A stretch of DNA of 64,000 bases, from contig CAWFKI010000004.1 in assembly GCA_963816345.1 (NCBI GenBank), positions 57,559-121,558 of the forward strand, in the 5' to 3' direction. Shown piece after piece: positions 28,735 to 39,762 of this stretch (positions are counted from its first letter, which is position 1; each line of letters opens with the position of its first letter). Origin of the DNA: an uncultured Bacteroidales bacterium. Its GTDB lineage: Bacteria; Bacteroidota; Bacteroidia; Bacteroidales; VadinHA17. Made by a program: the position numbers and the translations under genes. Below the pieces are notes generated by a model that was not told where the DNA came from, did no database searches, and saw nothing but the letters and a program-made list of their open reading frames with translations.

Positions 28735-29167
28735 TTATAAGGTCGGACCTCCCGGCCCGCTTTACCAGATCATGGATTGTTTTATTGCGGAACAGCTTGA
28801 TAAGAGCAACCCGTGTCTTTTCATAATCCTCATGGAGAGGACAAACCCTGTTCTCAGCATTTACCCCTTCACATGTGCCTTTATGCATAACACAATTGGT
28901 AAAAGTATCATATCCGTCAATTGAATTAACAATATCAAGTAATGTGATATCCTTCGGGTCTTTCAACAGTGAAAATCCTCCGTGAGGTCCTTTGGAGGAA
29001 CTCAGTATTTTCTGTTTTGCAAGCTGTTGCAGAATCTTGGCAAGAAATGGTGTCGGAAGATCAAGATCTGTGCTAATCTTTTTAATGCCTGTCTTTTCCG
29101 TACCGGAGGAGCGGCTGGCTAAATAAATAACAGCTCTTATCCCGTATCTGCATGAATTTGAAAGCAT
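28727..29167 (-). CDS. Rrf2 family transcriptional regulator (three-Cys Fe-S type)
   Basis: YGIRA, FLAKILQQL, SSKGPHGGF, ITLLDIV, C...C...CPLH. Confidence 0.93.
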   Translation of the reverse strand: MLSNSCRYGIRAVIYLASRSSGTEKTGIKKISTDLDLPTPFLAKILQQLAKQKILSSSKGPHGGFSLLKDPKDITLLDIVNSIDGYDTFTNCVMHKGTCEGVNAENRVCPLHEDYEKTRVALIKLFRNKTIHDLVKRAGRSDLITI

Positions 29168-29169
29168 AA

Positions 29170-29616
29170 TCAGTACATTTTTAAAGATATTTTGTCAACC
29201 CTCCTCTTGTGCCGTTCACCCTCGAAAGCTGTGTTAAGAAATGTATTTACAATGAGATATGCCTCGGATTCAGATATGAACCTGCCGGGTAAAGCACAGA
29301 TATTTGCATCGTTATGGGCTCTGGCCAGACGACTTATTTCCTCATTCCAGCAAAGAGCACTTCTGATACCGGGATGCTTGTTCACCGTCATATTAATACC
29401 GTTTCCTGTTCCGCAAATTGAAATCCCCAAATCAAATTCTCCTGACGAAACAGTGTTAGCCAGTGGATGACCATAGTCAGGATAATCAACGCTTTCCTCT
29501 GAGAAACAGCCAAAATCCTTTACCTCATACTTCTCCTTCATCAGAAATTTTAGTAACTTCTCTTTCAGGAAATAACCTGCATGATCAGACACAATTGCTA
29601 TTTTTTGATTGTTCAA
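29170..29616 (-). CDS. rpiB: ribose-5-phosphate isomerase B
   Basis: SDHAG, DYPD, CGTGNG, ARAHNDAN, FEGERH; TTG start. Confidence 0.95.
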   Translation of the reverse strand: MNNQKIAIVSDHAGYFLKEKLLKFLMKEKYEVKDFGCFSEESVDYPDYGHPLANTVSSGEFDLGISICGTGNGINMTVNKHPGIRSALCWNEEISRLARAHNDANICALPGRFISESEAYLIVNTFLNTAFEGERHKRRVDKISLKMY

Positions 29617-29639
29617 AGTGCTAAATTTTAGTCTGTTTT

Positions 29640-30255
29640 CATAAATACGGGTGCAAATTAATATAATTGCTTAATTAAAAGAAAAACACACTCCGTTATC
29701 TTCTTTTAAATACAACTCTTCAACAGGAATAACAAAACTGCAATATATTTGTTTTGAGGCAAAAAGATAAAGAGTTAACCGTATTAACAATGTTTGTTAA
29801 TAAGATGTAGAGAACATTGAATTATTTTTTATAATTTTTTTTCCGGCGACCGATTTTCATGTTTTCACCCGGAATATGCACAGCTAAAGAAAGTTTTAAG
29901 AAAAATAGCTGTAAATATTAACCTTCTTTTAACCTTAAAAGCCCTGTTTTTTATCAGACTGATGTATCCGTAATCAAATCATAACAATTGTTAATTATTC
30001 CGCTAAACAGCTGATTTTCAAAAACGGTATATTTTTTGATCTGTTGAAAAGATGTTTGTACAATTATAATATCGTATAAAACAACAAAAATCTCTTTTTT
30101 CTATCAACCAATTAACATCATAACATAACAATCATAAATAGAAATTTAAATCTTTAATAATAAGAATTATGATGTTAATAAAACAGGAAAATCAGTGTTA
30201 TGAAAATTGATTACGTCTTTATTGACTAATTTTGCCTGGTTTAAATTTTGAATAA
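29640..30255. other. candidate replication origin (oriC)
   Basis: Gene-free AT-rich gap between divergent rpiB and nadA. Repeated 9-mers include TGTTAATAA (29795, 30173), GTATTAACA (29781), TGTTAATTA (29989), TGTTGAAAA (30042) and TCTTCAACA (29717). Gene orientation flips here; parS sites and mnmG lie nearby. Confidence 0.65.
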
Positions 30256-31209
30256 ATGGAAAGTAAAGGATCAGAAAACATTATTTCAGAGATTAAATAT
30301 TTAAAGAGAGAGAAAAATGCAATAATACTTGCTCACTACTACCAGACAGGAGATATCCAGGATATTGCTGATTTTGTGGGCGACAGTCTTGCACTTTCCC
30401 AGAGAGCTGCTTCAAACAACAGCGATATAATACTTTTTGCCGGTGTGAAATTTATGGCTGAAACAGCCAAAATTCTTTCGCCAGGGAAAAAAGTACTGTT
30501 ACCTGATTTAAATGCAGGATGCTCGCTGGCTGATTCATGCAAAGCAGAGGACTTTGAGAAGTTTATAAGGGATAATCCGGGCAGAACGGTCGTTTCATAT
30601 GTTAATACAAGTGCAGAGATAAAAGCGCTTTCGGATATCATCTGTACCTCTTCAAATGCAGTTCAGATAGTGGAATCACTCCCTGCTGATGAAAAAATAT
30701 TGTTTGCTCCCGACCGTAACCTGGGTAACTATGTGATCAATAAAACAGGACGCGATATTATTGTATGGAATGGTGCATGCCATGTTCATGAGGAATTCTC
30801 ACTGGAGGCAATATTAAAACTGAAGGAAGAGAATCCCGGCGCCAGGGTTATAGTGCATCCGGAATGTGAATTACCGGTAAGGATGATAGCGGATTTTATC
30901 GGATCGACATCAGCATTGCTGCAATATACAAAGAAAGATACGGGAAATTGCTATATTGTGGCAACAGAACCGGGTATAATCCATCAGATGAAAAAGGAGA
31001 ATCCGGGAAAGAACTATATTCCTGCGCCACCAAAAGATTCTACATGTGGCTGCAGTGAATGTAATTATATGAAGCTAATAACTTTAAGTAAAGTGCTGAA
31101 TTGTCTCAGAAATGAAAGCCCTGAGATTCTGTTAAGCGAAGAAGTGCTTATTAAAGCACAGGTTCCAATAAGAAGAATGATGGAAATATCTGAAAAACTT
31201 GGTCTTTGA
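30256..31209 (+). CDS. nadA: quinolinate synthase
   Basis: ILAHYYQ, GDSL, FMAETAK, GCSLA, YVNT, CHVH, HPEC, C.YMK. Confidence 0.96.
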   Translation: MESKGSENIISEIKYLKREKNAIILAHYYQTGDIQDIADFVGDSLALSQRAASNNSDIILFAGVKFMAETAKILSPGKKVLLPDLNAGCSLADSCKAEDFEKFIRDNPGRTVVSYVNTSAEIKALSDIICTSSNAVQIVESLPADEKILFAPDRNLGNYVINKTGRDIIVWNGACHVHEEFSLEAILKLKEENPGARVIVHPECELPVRMIADFIGSTSALLQYTKKDTGNCYIVATEPGIIHQMKKENPGKNYIPAPPKDSTCGCSECNYMKLITLSKVLNCLRNESPEILLSEEVLIKAQVPIRRMMEISEKLGL

Positions 31210-31211
31210 AT

Positions 31212-32765
31212 ATGAAAAAAATTAAAGTTTTAATTGTTTTTATTCTTATTTGTAAGATTGGTTACGGTCAGGAAAATAATACTTTACAGGATGGTTATCA
31301 TGTATTTAAATATCCCAACGGAACTGTATCAAGTGAAGGGATGATTAAGGATGGCAGGCCGGAAGGATTCTGGAAAAGCTATTATGTCACGGGAGTAAAG
31401 AAATCCGAAGGGAAAAGGAGCAATTTCATGCTCGACAGTATCTGGACCTTTTTTGATCAGTCAGGTGATACGACGGAGAAGATAAACTATCTCATCGGGA
31501 AAAAGAACGGATGGTACTACAGGTATAAAAGAGATCCTTCTGCAGGAGTTTATATATGGTCGAAGGAGCTTTTTGCCGGAGACAGGAAGGAGGGCCTTTC
31601 ATATATTTATTTTCCTGATGGTAAGGTACAGCAGACAATCGCATATAGTGAGGGGAAAAAGGAGGGACTGTCTAAAGAATATGATAAAGAGGGTGTTATA
31701 ATTACCCTGCTTGAATATAACAATGATTTTCTCATAAGCCGTGAAAAAATAAACAGAACAGACAGCAAAGGTCTGAAGCAGGGAGCCTGGATGGAATTCT
31801 ACCCCAACGGAGGGGTCAAATCTGAAAAATCATATAAGGATGACCTTCTGCATGGCTATTACAAGGAATATGATAACAGGGGAAAACTGGTACTTACAAT
31901 GTTATACGAAAACGGTTCGATTGTAAAATCAGATGTTGAGGACGAGCCTGATATTGAGATAGTGACAAAGCATGATCAGGACGGAAAGCTTATTTACAGC
32001 GGACCATACAGGAACAAAGTCCCGGTTGGCATCCACAGGGAGTATGGAAAGGATGGAAAGGTTACTGATGCTTTTATTTATAATGATAACGGACTGCTGC
32101 TTTCTGAAGGTATTGTAGATGATGCAGGAAACAGGAACGGTAAATGGAAAGATCTTTATTCCAATGGAAAGGTTGAAGCGGAAGGACAGTTCACGGACAA
32201 CAGGCGATCAGGTAACTGGAAATTCTATAACGCAGCCGGGAAAACCGAACAGACAGGCTCATACAATAACGGCAGACCTGATGGATTATGGACCTGGTAC
32301 TATGACAACAACTCCGTTCTGAGGGAGGAGGAATATTTTCAGGGAAAAAGAGACGGAGCATTTGCTGAATATTTACCGGCAGGTGATGTTATTACAAAAG
32401 GTCAATATTCGGATGGAGAGAAAAACGGTGACTGGAGCTACAAATCCGGAAATTACTCGGAACAGGGGAAATATATACTCGGATTAAAGGATGGACTATG
32501 GAAAGCTTATTATCCCGATGGCAAGTTGAGATTCAAAGGAAGCTACATTCAGGGGAATCCTGACGGACAGCATTATTACTATTACGAGGACGGTAAACTT
32601 AAAGAGGAACAATATTACCAGTCGGGGATAAGGCAGAAAACATGGAAGAAATATGATGAGGATGGCAAAATGGTGCTTACAATTTCATATAAAAATGATG
32701 TCGAGGTAAGTATAAATGGGGTCAGGATAAAGCTTCCCGAAAGCGATGCGAAGCTGATTAAATAG
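31212..32765 (+). CDS. secreted MORN-variant repeat protein (YwqK-like)
   Basis: Signal peptide followed by many G.W..YY.NG....EG.Y..G repeats. Confidence 0.85.
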   Translation: MKKIKVLIVFILICKIGYGQENNTLQDGYHVFKYPNGTVSSEGMIKDGRPEGFWKSYYVTGVKKSEGKRSNFMLDSIWTFFDQSGDTTEKINYLIGKKNGWYYRYKRDPSAGVYIWSKELFAGDRKEGLSYIYFPDGKVQQTIAYSEGKKEGLSKEYDKEGVIITLLEYNNDFLISREKINRTDSKGLKQGAWMEFYPNGGVKSEKSYKDDLLHGYYKEYDNRGKLVLTMLYENGSIVKSDVEDEPDIEIVTKHDQDGKLIYSGPYRNKVPVGIHREYGKDGKVTDAFIYNDNGLLLSEGIVDDAGNRNGKWKDLYSNGKVEAEGQFTDNRRSGNWKFYNAAGKTEQTGSYNNGRPDGLWTWYYDNNSVLREEEYFQGKRDGAFAEYLPAGDVITKGQYSDGEKNGDWSYKSGNYSEQGKYILGLKDGLWKAYYPDGKLRFKGSYIQGNPDGQHYYYYEDGKLKEEQYYQSGIRQKTWKKYDEDGKMVLTISYKNDVEVSINGVRIKLPESDAKLIK

Positions 32766-32776
32766 TTAATTGTTCA

Positions 32777-33802
32777 ATGGAGGAGAGTCAGGACATCAGA
32801 AAAGAGATCATTTCATTTACCGATAAGGAATTTGAAAAGCAGTTACGACCCTTAAATTTCAGTGATTTTAAGGGACAGAAACAGGTAATTGAAAATCTTA
32901 TGGTTTTTGTCACTGCGGCAAAGCAACGGGGAGAAGCTCTGGATCATGTGCTGTTGCAGGGCCCTCCGGGATTAGGGAAGACAACCCTGGCCACGATAAT
33001 TTCAAATGAGCTGCACGTCAATCTGAAGGTAACCAGCGGACCTGTTCTGGATAAACCGGGAGATCTTGCAGGACTGCTTACAAACCTGGGCGAAGGGGAT
33101 GTGCTTTTTATTGATGAGATTCACAGGCTGAGTCCTGTGGTTGAGGAATACCTCTACTCTGCGATGGAAGATTTCCAGATCGATATAATGATAGATAAAG
33201 GGCCGAGTGCAAGATCGGTACAGTTAACACTTAACAATTTTACACTCATAGGGGCTACAACCCGTTCTGGCCTTCTTACAAGCCCGCTCAGGGCAAGATT
33301 TGGAATTAAGTTTCATCTCGAATATTACGATCACGAGATACTTACAGGCATCGTAAAAAGATCGGCCGGAATTCTCAAGGTGGTAATAGAGGATGATGCT
33401 GCGGTAGAGATTGCAATCAGGAGCAGGGGAACCCCACGAATAGCAAATGCCCTGCTGAGGAGAATTAGGGATTTTGCACAGGTTAAGGGTAGCGGTGAAA
33501 TAGATCTTCCAATTACAAGGTACGGCCTGAAGGCGCTTAATATTGATCAGCACGGACTTGATGAAATGGATAACCGCATCCTCTCTGTAATAATAGATAA
33601 ATTTAACGGAGGACCAGTAGGGCTGAATACAATCTCAACTGCTGTGGGTGAGGAAAGCGGTACTATAGAAGAAGTTTATGAGCCCTTTCTCATAAAGGAG
33701 GGATATCTGAAGAGAACTCCCAGGGGACGTGAGGCAACAGAACATGCCTACAGGCATCTCGGAAGACAGCTGAGACGTGATATGCCCGGCACCCTGTTCT
33801 GA
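32777..33802 (+). CDS. ruvB: Holliday junction helicase RuvB
   Basis: [39 protein letters not shown]. Confidence 0.98.
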   Translation: MEESQDIRKEIISFTDKEFEKQLRPLNFSDFKGQKQVIENLMVFVTAAKQRGEALDHVLLQGPPGLGKTTLATIISNELHVNLKVTSGPVLDKPGDLAGLLTNLGEGDVLFIDEIHRLSPVVEEYLYSAMEDFQIDIMIDKGPSARSVQLTLNNFTLIGATTRSGLLTSPLRARFGIKFHLEYYDHEILTGIVKRSAGILKVVIEDDAAVEIAIRSRGTPRIANALLRRIRDFAQVKGSGEIDLPITRYGLKALNIDQHGLDEMDNRILSVIIDKFNGGPVGLNTISTAVGEESGTIEEVYEPFLIKEGYLKRTPRGREATEHAYRHLGRQLRRDMPGTLF

Positions 33803-33831
33803 TTCGATGAGATATTGATTGAACCTTATTG

Positions 33832-34545
33832 TCAGCTGAAGACATTGCTTATCTTTTCAAGACCTCTTGTGTTTAAGATCTTTATTTTCCTGCCGTTCAG
33901 CTCAACAAGCTTGTCGGCCTTAAACTCAGACAATAAGCGGATTACAGACTCCGTGGCTGTTCCTACAATGTTCGCAAGCTCTTCACGCGTAAGGGAGATA
34001 TTCAGAAATTGCTGACTGTCAAGCCCGAAATCGGTGACAAGTAATAGAAGTACTTCTGCAAGACGTTCCCTTACTGTTTTCTGAGCAATATCTGTTATGA
34101 ATGAATTGGCCTCGCCAAGCTCATGACAGGCAAGCTTAATAAGCTCGAGCGCAAAGGTAGGATTGGTTTTAATGAATGAGATAAGGATCTCGGAAGGGAT
34201 AAAGCAAACCTGGCAGTCCTCAATGACCTTGGCTGAAGTGCATGCCAGTTCATTGCTTAGAACGCTGCGGTAGGCAATAATTTCACCTTTTTTGGCAAAG
34301 CGGATGATCTGTTCCTTACCATCAAAGCCTGTTTTAAATACCTTTATAATGCCGCTGTTGATGCAGTAGAAACCACTTATGCGGTTGCCTTCCTGATAAA
34401 GAATATCACCACGGGTGTACTGACGGAAATCCTTTTCAAAGTTGAGTGTATTTACCTCATCAGTGTTCAGAAATCTGAAGATTGAACCCGAACCCAACGC
34501 ACATTTATCGCAAAGAGGAAAAGAAATATCCTGATGTTTCATCAT
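33832..34545 (-). CDS. Crp/Fnr family regulator with N-terminal CxxC
   Basis: LCDKC, cNMP-binding domain, HTH LTREELANIVGTATESVIRLLSEF. Start moved to 34545 to avoid overlap with pheS. Confidence 0.92.
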   Translation of the reverse strand: MMKHQDISFPLCDKCALGSGSIFRFLNTDEVNTLNFEKDFRQYTRGDILYQEGNRISGFYCINSGIIKVFKTGFDGKEQIIRFAKKGEIIAYRSVLSNELACTSAKVIEDCQVCFIPSEILISFIKTNPTFALELIKLACHELGEANSFITDIAQKTVRERLAEVLLLLVTDFGLDSQQFLNISLTREELANIVGTATESVIRLLSEFKADKLVELNGRKIKILNTRGLEKISNVFS

Positions 34546-34570
34546 TATCTTAATTAAATTCAGGTGTTGA

Positions 34571-35611
34571 TCAAATAAATGTTTTGAACTGATCCAGAAA
34601 CCTGGTATCATTTTCAAAATATAAACGAAGGTCGTTGACCTGGTATTTCAGCATGGCAAGTCTTTCTATGCCCATACCAAAGGCAAAACCTGTATAGCGC
34701 CTGCTGTCAATATTGCAGGCGTCAAGTACATTCGGATGAACCATTCCGCAACCAAGGATTTCAAGCCAGCCGGTATACTTACAGACATTGCAGCCTTTCC
34801 CTCCGCAAATTCTACAGCTTACATCCATTTCAGCCGAAGGTTCGGTAAAAGGAAAATATGATGGACGCAACCTTATATCCGTCTCTTTGCCAAAGAGCTC
34901 CCTGGCAAAATAGAGCAGCGTCTGCTTCAGATCAGCAAATGATACGTTTTCATCGATATACAATCCCTCGATCTGATGAAAAATACAGTGGGCCCTTGCT
35001 GAGATGGCTTCGTTACGGAATACCCTGCCGGGGGAAATGGTACGGATCGGAGGTTTCTCTTTTTGCATTACCCTTACCTGAACAGATGATGTATGCGTAC
35101 GGAGAAGTATATCACCGGGACTGGAATCTTCAGGAGAGATCCTTGAAATATAGAAGGTATCCTGCATGTCACGGGCAGGATGCTCAGGTGCAAAGTTGAG
35201 CTTTGTAAAAACGTGATCGTCATCCTCAATTTCAGGGCCTTCTGACACAGTGAAGCCGATCCGTTCAAAAATAGCAATTACTTCATTCCTTACTATGGAT
35301 ATAGGATGCCTTGACCCGAGCTGGAAAGGATATGAAGGACGGGTAAGATCAGTTGCTTCAGGTTTTTCATCTGATGTAAGCAGATCAGCCTTGGCTGAAT
35401 TGTACTTTTCAAGAGCGGCGGCTTTTAACTGATTAAGCTTCAGCCCTACCTCTTTTTTATCCGACGCCGGTACATTCCTGAAATCCTCAAAAAGCTCTGA
35501 GATCAAACCTTTCTTACTCAGGTACTTTAACCGGAATTGTTCCAGCTGAGCAGTATTTTCAATAGTCAGTGAAGCAAGTTCATTGAAAAGGTCAGCAATT
35601 ATTTGAAACAT
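34571..35611 (-). CDS. pheS: phenylalanine--tRNA ligase alpha subunit
   Basis: HPARDMQDTF, LRTHTS, FHQIEG, YFPFTEPS, GFAFGMGIER. Confidence 0.98.
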   Translation of the reverse strand: MFQIIADLFNELASLTIENTAQLEQFRLKYLSKKGLISELFEDFRNVPASDKKEVGLKLNQLKAAALEKYNSAKADLLTSDEKPEATDLTRPSYPFQLGSRHPISIVRNEVIAIFERIGFTVSEGPEIEDDDHVFTKLNFAPEHPARDMQDTFYISRISPEDSSPGDILLRTHTSSVQVRVMQKEKPPIRTISPGRVFRNEAISARAHCIFHQIEGLYIDENVSFADLKQTLLYFARELFGKETDIRLRPSYFPFTEPSAEMDVSCRICGGKGCNVCKYTGWLEILGCGMVHPNVLDACNIDSRRYTGFAFGMGIERLAMLKYQVNDLRLYFENDTRFLDQFKTFI

Positions 35612-35634
35612 CTCTGATAAATTTTTATCAATAA

Positions 35635-36450
35635 TTAATTACGGACTATTTTAGCTTTTATTATTCTTATTTCTGTCAAAGGTTTATCATTGCTACCGGT
35701 CTTTGCATCAGCAATCCTGTCAACTACATCAAGGCCTTCAACTACTTCTCCGAAAACAGTATATGTTCCGTCAAGACGTGGAACACCTCCGGTTGTTTTA
35801 TAGACATTTCGTTGTTCCTCTGAATATTTGAATGGCTTGTTGCTTGTAAGGATATCAAACATTTTAACGGATGCGATTGCCTGAATTTCCGGATCAGTGA
35901 CTGTTTTTCCGGACCTCCGGACACTATCTGCAGTCTGGCTCATGATCTTATCGAAAAGAGCCTGCTTGATATTGCTGTTTACCTGCAGCTCGACCTGGTT
36001 TAATTCATCATCAGTGTACCTGGTTCCCTGGACAATGTAAAACTGTGTACCTGAAGAGCGCATCTCAGGATTTTCCTCATTTCCCTTGCGGGCAGCTGCC
36101 AGCGCTCCCTTCTTGTGATAATAGGACGAATTGATTTCTGGAGGAATAGTATATGTATTCAGGGAATCGGGGAACATTTTTGAAATACCACTCCTGGTGG
36201 CAGGATCCCCTGTCTGTATCATAAAGCCTTTGATTATACGGTGAAAGGAAAGATCATCATAAAAGCCTGCATTTATAAGTTTCAGGAAATTATCGCGGTG
36301 TTGTGGAGTTCCGTCATAAAGCTTTATTTTAATGTCGCCAAGAGATGTTTTAATTAAAACAAGCGAACTGTCACTGACACCTGGGGAAGTGCAGGAGTAA
36401 AAGAGGAGGAGCAAAGGGATAAGTAATGACTTTCGTATAATGTTGTTCAT
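35635..36450 (-). CDS. cyclophilin-type peptidyl-prolyl isomerase, lipoprotein
   Basis: Lipobox FYSC, FHRIIKGFMIQTGD, SSGTQFYIV, LDGTYTVFGEV. Confidence 0.92.
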   Translation of the reverse strand: MNNIIRKSLLIPLLLLFYSCTSPGVSDSSLVLIKTSLGDIKIKLYDGTPQHRDNFLKLINAGFYDDLSFHRIIKGFMIQTGDPATRSGISKMFPDSLNTYTIPPEINSSYYHKKGALAAARKGNEENPEMRSSGTQFYIVQGTRYTDDELNQVELQVNSNIKQALFDKIMSQTADSVRRSGKTVTDPEIQAIASVKMFDILTSNKPFKYSEEQRNVYKTTGGVPRLDGTYTVFGEVVEGLDVVDRIADAKTGSNDKPLTEIRIIKAKIVRN

Positions 36451-36845
36451 GAATTTTTTAATTTGGTTAATAACGTCATGCAAAGTTGGGTGCAAAGATA
36501 TTTAACTTTGACTGATACACGAAAATATTGCTTTTCAAATTCCGGAATTTTAATAAAAAGAGAAGCAAGTGTATGCACATGAAGGCATTTGAAGTAAATT
36601 TGAGACCAGTTTTTTAGAAAGTAAGGAAGCCGTTAAGAGTAAAATTATTGATGGCCTGTTCATAATGTGAAGACATTTCAATGATAGAAGTGTGCCATTT
36701 TTTATTAGCACTTTTTATGGTATTTTTGTGGCGCTGTAAACTTAACAAATACAGGGGACTTACGGAATATGTGAAATTGAGTTTGATGTTTAATCGCCGG
36801 ATAACCGGCAGGGATGAGCAATTTGCAAATATTTATTAAATAGTT

Positions 36846-37280
36846 ATGAAGATCAGGATAATAAATAAATCCAGACATGAGTTACCTGAATATGCCACTC
36901 TCTTATCTGCAGGAATGGATATCAGGGCAAATCTGGATGAGGATATTGTACTGGGGCCAATGAAGAGGACAATGGTAAGGACGGGATTATATCTGGAAAT
37001 TCCTGAAGGTTATGAGGCACAGATCAGACCAAGGAGCGGACTTGCTATAAATAAAGGAATTACAGTTTTGAATTCTCCCGGGACGATTGATGCTGATTAC
37101 AGGGGAGAGGTTTGTATTATCCTGGTAAACTTGTCAGATAAAGATTTTGTAATCTCAGACGGAGAAAGAATTTGCCAGATGATAATTTCAAAACATGAGA
37201 AGGCAGAATGGGAAAAGGTAGAAAATCTGATTGAAACCCATAGAGGGACAGGAGGTTTTGGTCATACAGGAAAAAAATAA
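36846..37280 (+). CDS. dut: dUTP diphosphatase
   Basis: [36 protein letters not shown]. Confidence 0.97.
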   Translation: MKIRIINKSRHELPEYATLLSAGMDIRANLDEDIVLGPMKRTMVRTGLYLEIPEGYEAQIRPRSGLAINKGITVLNSPGTIDADYRGEVCIILVNLSDKDFVISDGERICQMIISKHEKAEWEKVENLIETHRGTGGFGHTGKK

Positions 37281-37282
37281 AG

Positions 37283-39010
37283 ATGAAGAAGAATAGATTA
37301 TTAATTATAGTATCAGGGTTGATTATTCTGTCAATATTATCCTGCAACAGGAAACTGAATCCGGTTTCAGTTACAAAGATAAAGGATAGCAGTTATGATG
37401 ATGCGGCTTTCAATTATGTATATGTTGAAGCAATCAAAAATAAGCTAATGGGAAACGAAGGAGAGGCACTGAAATATCTGGAGCAGGCTGTCAGAATTAA
37501 CCCGGGAAGCGATGCCGCATATTATGAAATGGCTCAGATACTCAGCTCTAAAGGAGATGTAAAGAATGCCAGGCTATATCTGAAGAAAGCACTTGATATA
37601 GATGATCAGAATATCTGGTACCTGATGATGATGGCAGGATTTTATTATCAGGAAAAGAATCTCGACAGTGCGATATATTATTATCAGACTGCGGTTAAAT
37701 TTTTTCCGGATAATGAAAATATTGAGCTGACATTGGGAAACCTTTATACGGAGAATAAAGATTATGAAAAGGCTCTTTCAATTTTCGATGCTTTTGATAA
37801 GAAATACGGAGTAAATTCGAATTCAACCGTTTCCGCAATAAAGACGCTTATGATGAGCGGCAATTACGATGAAGCTCTGAAAAAAGCTCTAGTGCTTACA
37901 AAAGAGTATCCTGATGAAGTGCTTTACAATGGAATGCTCGCTGAGATATACCGCAGCAAGGGTGAAAATGACAAGGCCAGGGAGGTATATAATGAGCTTC
38001 TTGAGAGAAATCCTGATGATCCGCAGGTACAGCTGGCGCTATGTGATTTTTTGATATCGGATAAGAATTACAGGGAGTTGTTTGCTTTATTGAATAACGT
38101 TATTCTTAATAATAATATTAAGAAGGATGATAAGATCTCCCTTTTTGCGAGATTGATTGATTTACCGGATCTGGTCAGGGATTATCAGGATGATCTCTTT
38201 ATAGCACTGATGGTTTTTGAAGCAAATTATAAAAATGATGAGATAGTACCGCTACTCAGACCCGAACTGCTTGTTAAATTATCAAAACTCGATGATGCGG
38301 CTGCTCGTCTTGAAGAAATAATAAAGTTAAATCCCGACAATTATTACGCGTGGGAGAAACTACTTCTTGTTTATAATCAGAAAGGTGATTATAATAAATT
38401 GATGGTTCGTGGGGAGGAATGCGCTACCAGATTCAACAGATCATTTCTGGCAAAAGTTCTTTATGCAAACGCGGCAATGGAAAAGGGTAAATACGATATT
38501 GCACTTGAGGAGCTGCGAAAAGCTGAGATCCTGGCGGGCAGTGATAAGGAATTTATGACTCAGGTTCTTACAATGAGAGCAGATGTATATTACAGAATGA
38601 AAGACTATGTAAAGGCATTCGAAACATTTAAAGCTGCAATTAAAGCAAATGCCGATGATCTGACTGTAATTAACAACTATGCATATTACCTGGCAGAACA
38701 GGATCAGGATCTCAAAGAGGCGGAAAAGATGTCAAAAAAGGTAGTGGAAAAGGAAAAGGACAATACCACATACCTTGATACTTATGCCTGGGTTCTGTAT
38801 AAAAGAGGGAAACTGAAAGAGGCAGCCAGAATTATGGAAGACATTATAAAATCAGGTGGAAAACCTGATGCTGTCTGGTATGAGCATTATGGCTTCATTC
38901 TTAAAAAGCAGGGTAACTGTACGAAAGCAGTTGAGAACTGGAAGGAGGCCTTGAAACTCGATGGAACTAAAACAAACCTTACAGAGGAAATAAAAAATTG
39001 CAGAAAATAG
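37283..39010 (+). CDS. TPR-repeat lipoprotein
   Basis: Lipobox ILSC, TPR helices, C-terminal NNYAYYL...YLDTYAWVLY. Confidence 0.9.
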   Translation: MKKNRLLIIVSGLIILSILSCNRKLNPVSVTKIKDSSYDDAAFNYVYVEAIKNKLMGNEGEALKYLEQAVRINPGSDAAYYEMAQILSSKGDVKNARLYLKKALDIDDQNIWYLMMMAGFYYQEKNLDSAIYYYQTAVKFFPDNENIELTLGNLYTENKDYEKALSIFDAFDKKYGVNSNSTVSAIKTLMMSGNYDEALKKALVLTKEYPDEVLYNGMLAEIYRSKGENDKAREVYNELLERNPDDPQVQLALCDFLISDKNYRELFALLNNVILNNNIKKDDKISLFARLIDLPDLVRDYQDDLFIALMVFEANYKNDEIVPLLRPELLVKLSKLDDAAARLEEIIKLNPDNYYAWEKLLLVYNQKGDYNKLMVRGEECATRFNRSFLAKVLYANAAMEKGKYDIALEELRKAEILAGSDKEFMTQVLTMRADVYYRMKDYVKAFETFKAAIKANADDLTVINNYAYYLAEQDQDLKEAEKMSKKVVEKEKDNTTYLDTYAWVLYKRGKLKEAARIMEDIIKSGGKPDAVWYEHYGFILKKQGNCTKAVENWKEALKLDGTKTNLTEEIKNCRK

Positions 39011-39762
39011 CGCTTATATTGTCTCTTGTTGCTCTGAGTTACGGATGTTCGGTAACCCGGATGGAGGTGACAAGGATCTTTCCGGGTGAATATGCTCTTA
39101 AAGGGGATATAACTGTAGAAAATCTGACTAAAAGCAATCTTACCAGGTCTGATTTTTTTATCGAAAAAGCTGAGGTTAAGATTATTAATGAAGGTGAGGA
39201 AATGTCAGGACTGGGAAGTATTAAATTTCAGACACCGGATAAATACCTGATCAGTTTAAGGAGTAAAACAGGAATTGAAGCTGCCAGAATATTTCTGACA
39301 AAGGATTCTGTATATATAAATGACAGGATAAATAAGAAATTGTATTTCGGTTCATCAGAAGATCTAAAGAAGAGATATGGCATTGCAAATTCGTTTATAC
39401 CCTTGCTGTTGGGAGATTATATAAATGATATTCAGACAGTTAATAAAATAGGAAAATGTGTGGAAGATAAGCTGGAAACAGTAGGCGTTATAAAAGGAGT
39501 GAGAGTAAGGTATATATTTGATTGCTCAACAGGGAAGACTATTATGGCAATGCCTGATTATGGCAGGAAAGAGGATCAGGTTACAATTGAGTACAGTGAA
39601 TTTTTTATGAAAAACAATAAAATTGTACCGGGAAAAGTGATAGTTACCGATAGTCTGGGCAGAGGTATTATTGAGATTCGTATACGAAAGATTGAATCGC
39701 CCTGGGAGGGTTCCATTGAATTTGTTCCGGGTAAGCAATATGAAAAAATTCATCTCTTATGA
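38998..39762 (+). CDS. DUF4292-like lipoprotein
   Basis: Lipobox SYGC, GIEAARI..T.DS; expected position between the TPR gene and envC. Confidence 0.75.
   Translation: MQKIALILSLVALSYGCSVTRMEVTRIFPGEYALKGDITVENLTKSNLTRSDFFIEKAEVKIINEGEEMSGLGSIKFQTPDKYLISLRSKTGIEAARIFLTKDSVYINDRINKKLYFGSSEDLKKRYGIANSFIPLLLGDYINDIQTVNKIGKCVEDKLETVGVIKGVRVRYIFDCSTGKTIMAMPDYGRKEDQVTIEYSEFFMKNNKIVPGKVIVTDSLGRGIIEIRIRKIESPWEGSIEFVPGKQYEKIHLL

Noticed and set aside
31212..32765. Toxin-antitoxin system (YwqK antitoxin label)
   Set aside because: It is a secreted MORN-repeat protein between nadA and ruvB with no adjacent toxin gene.
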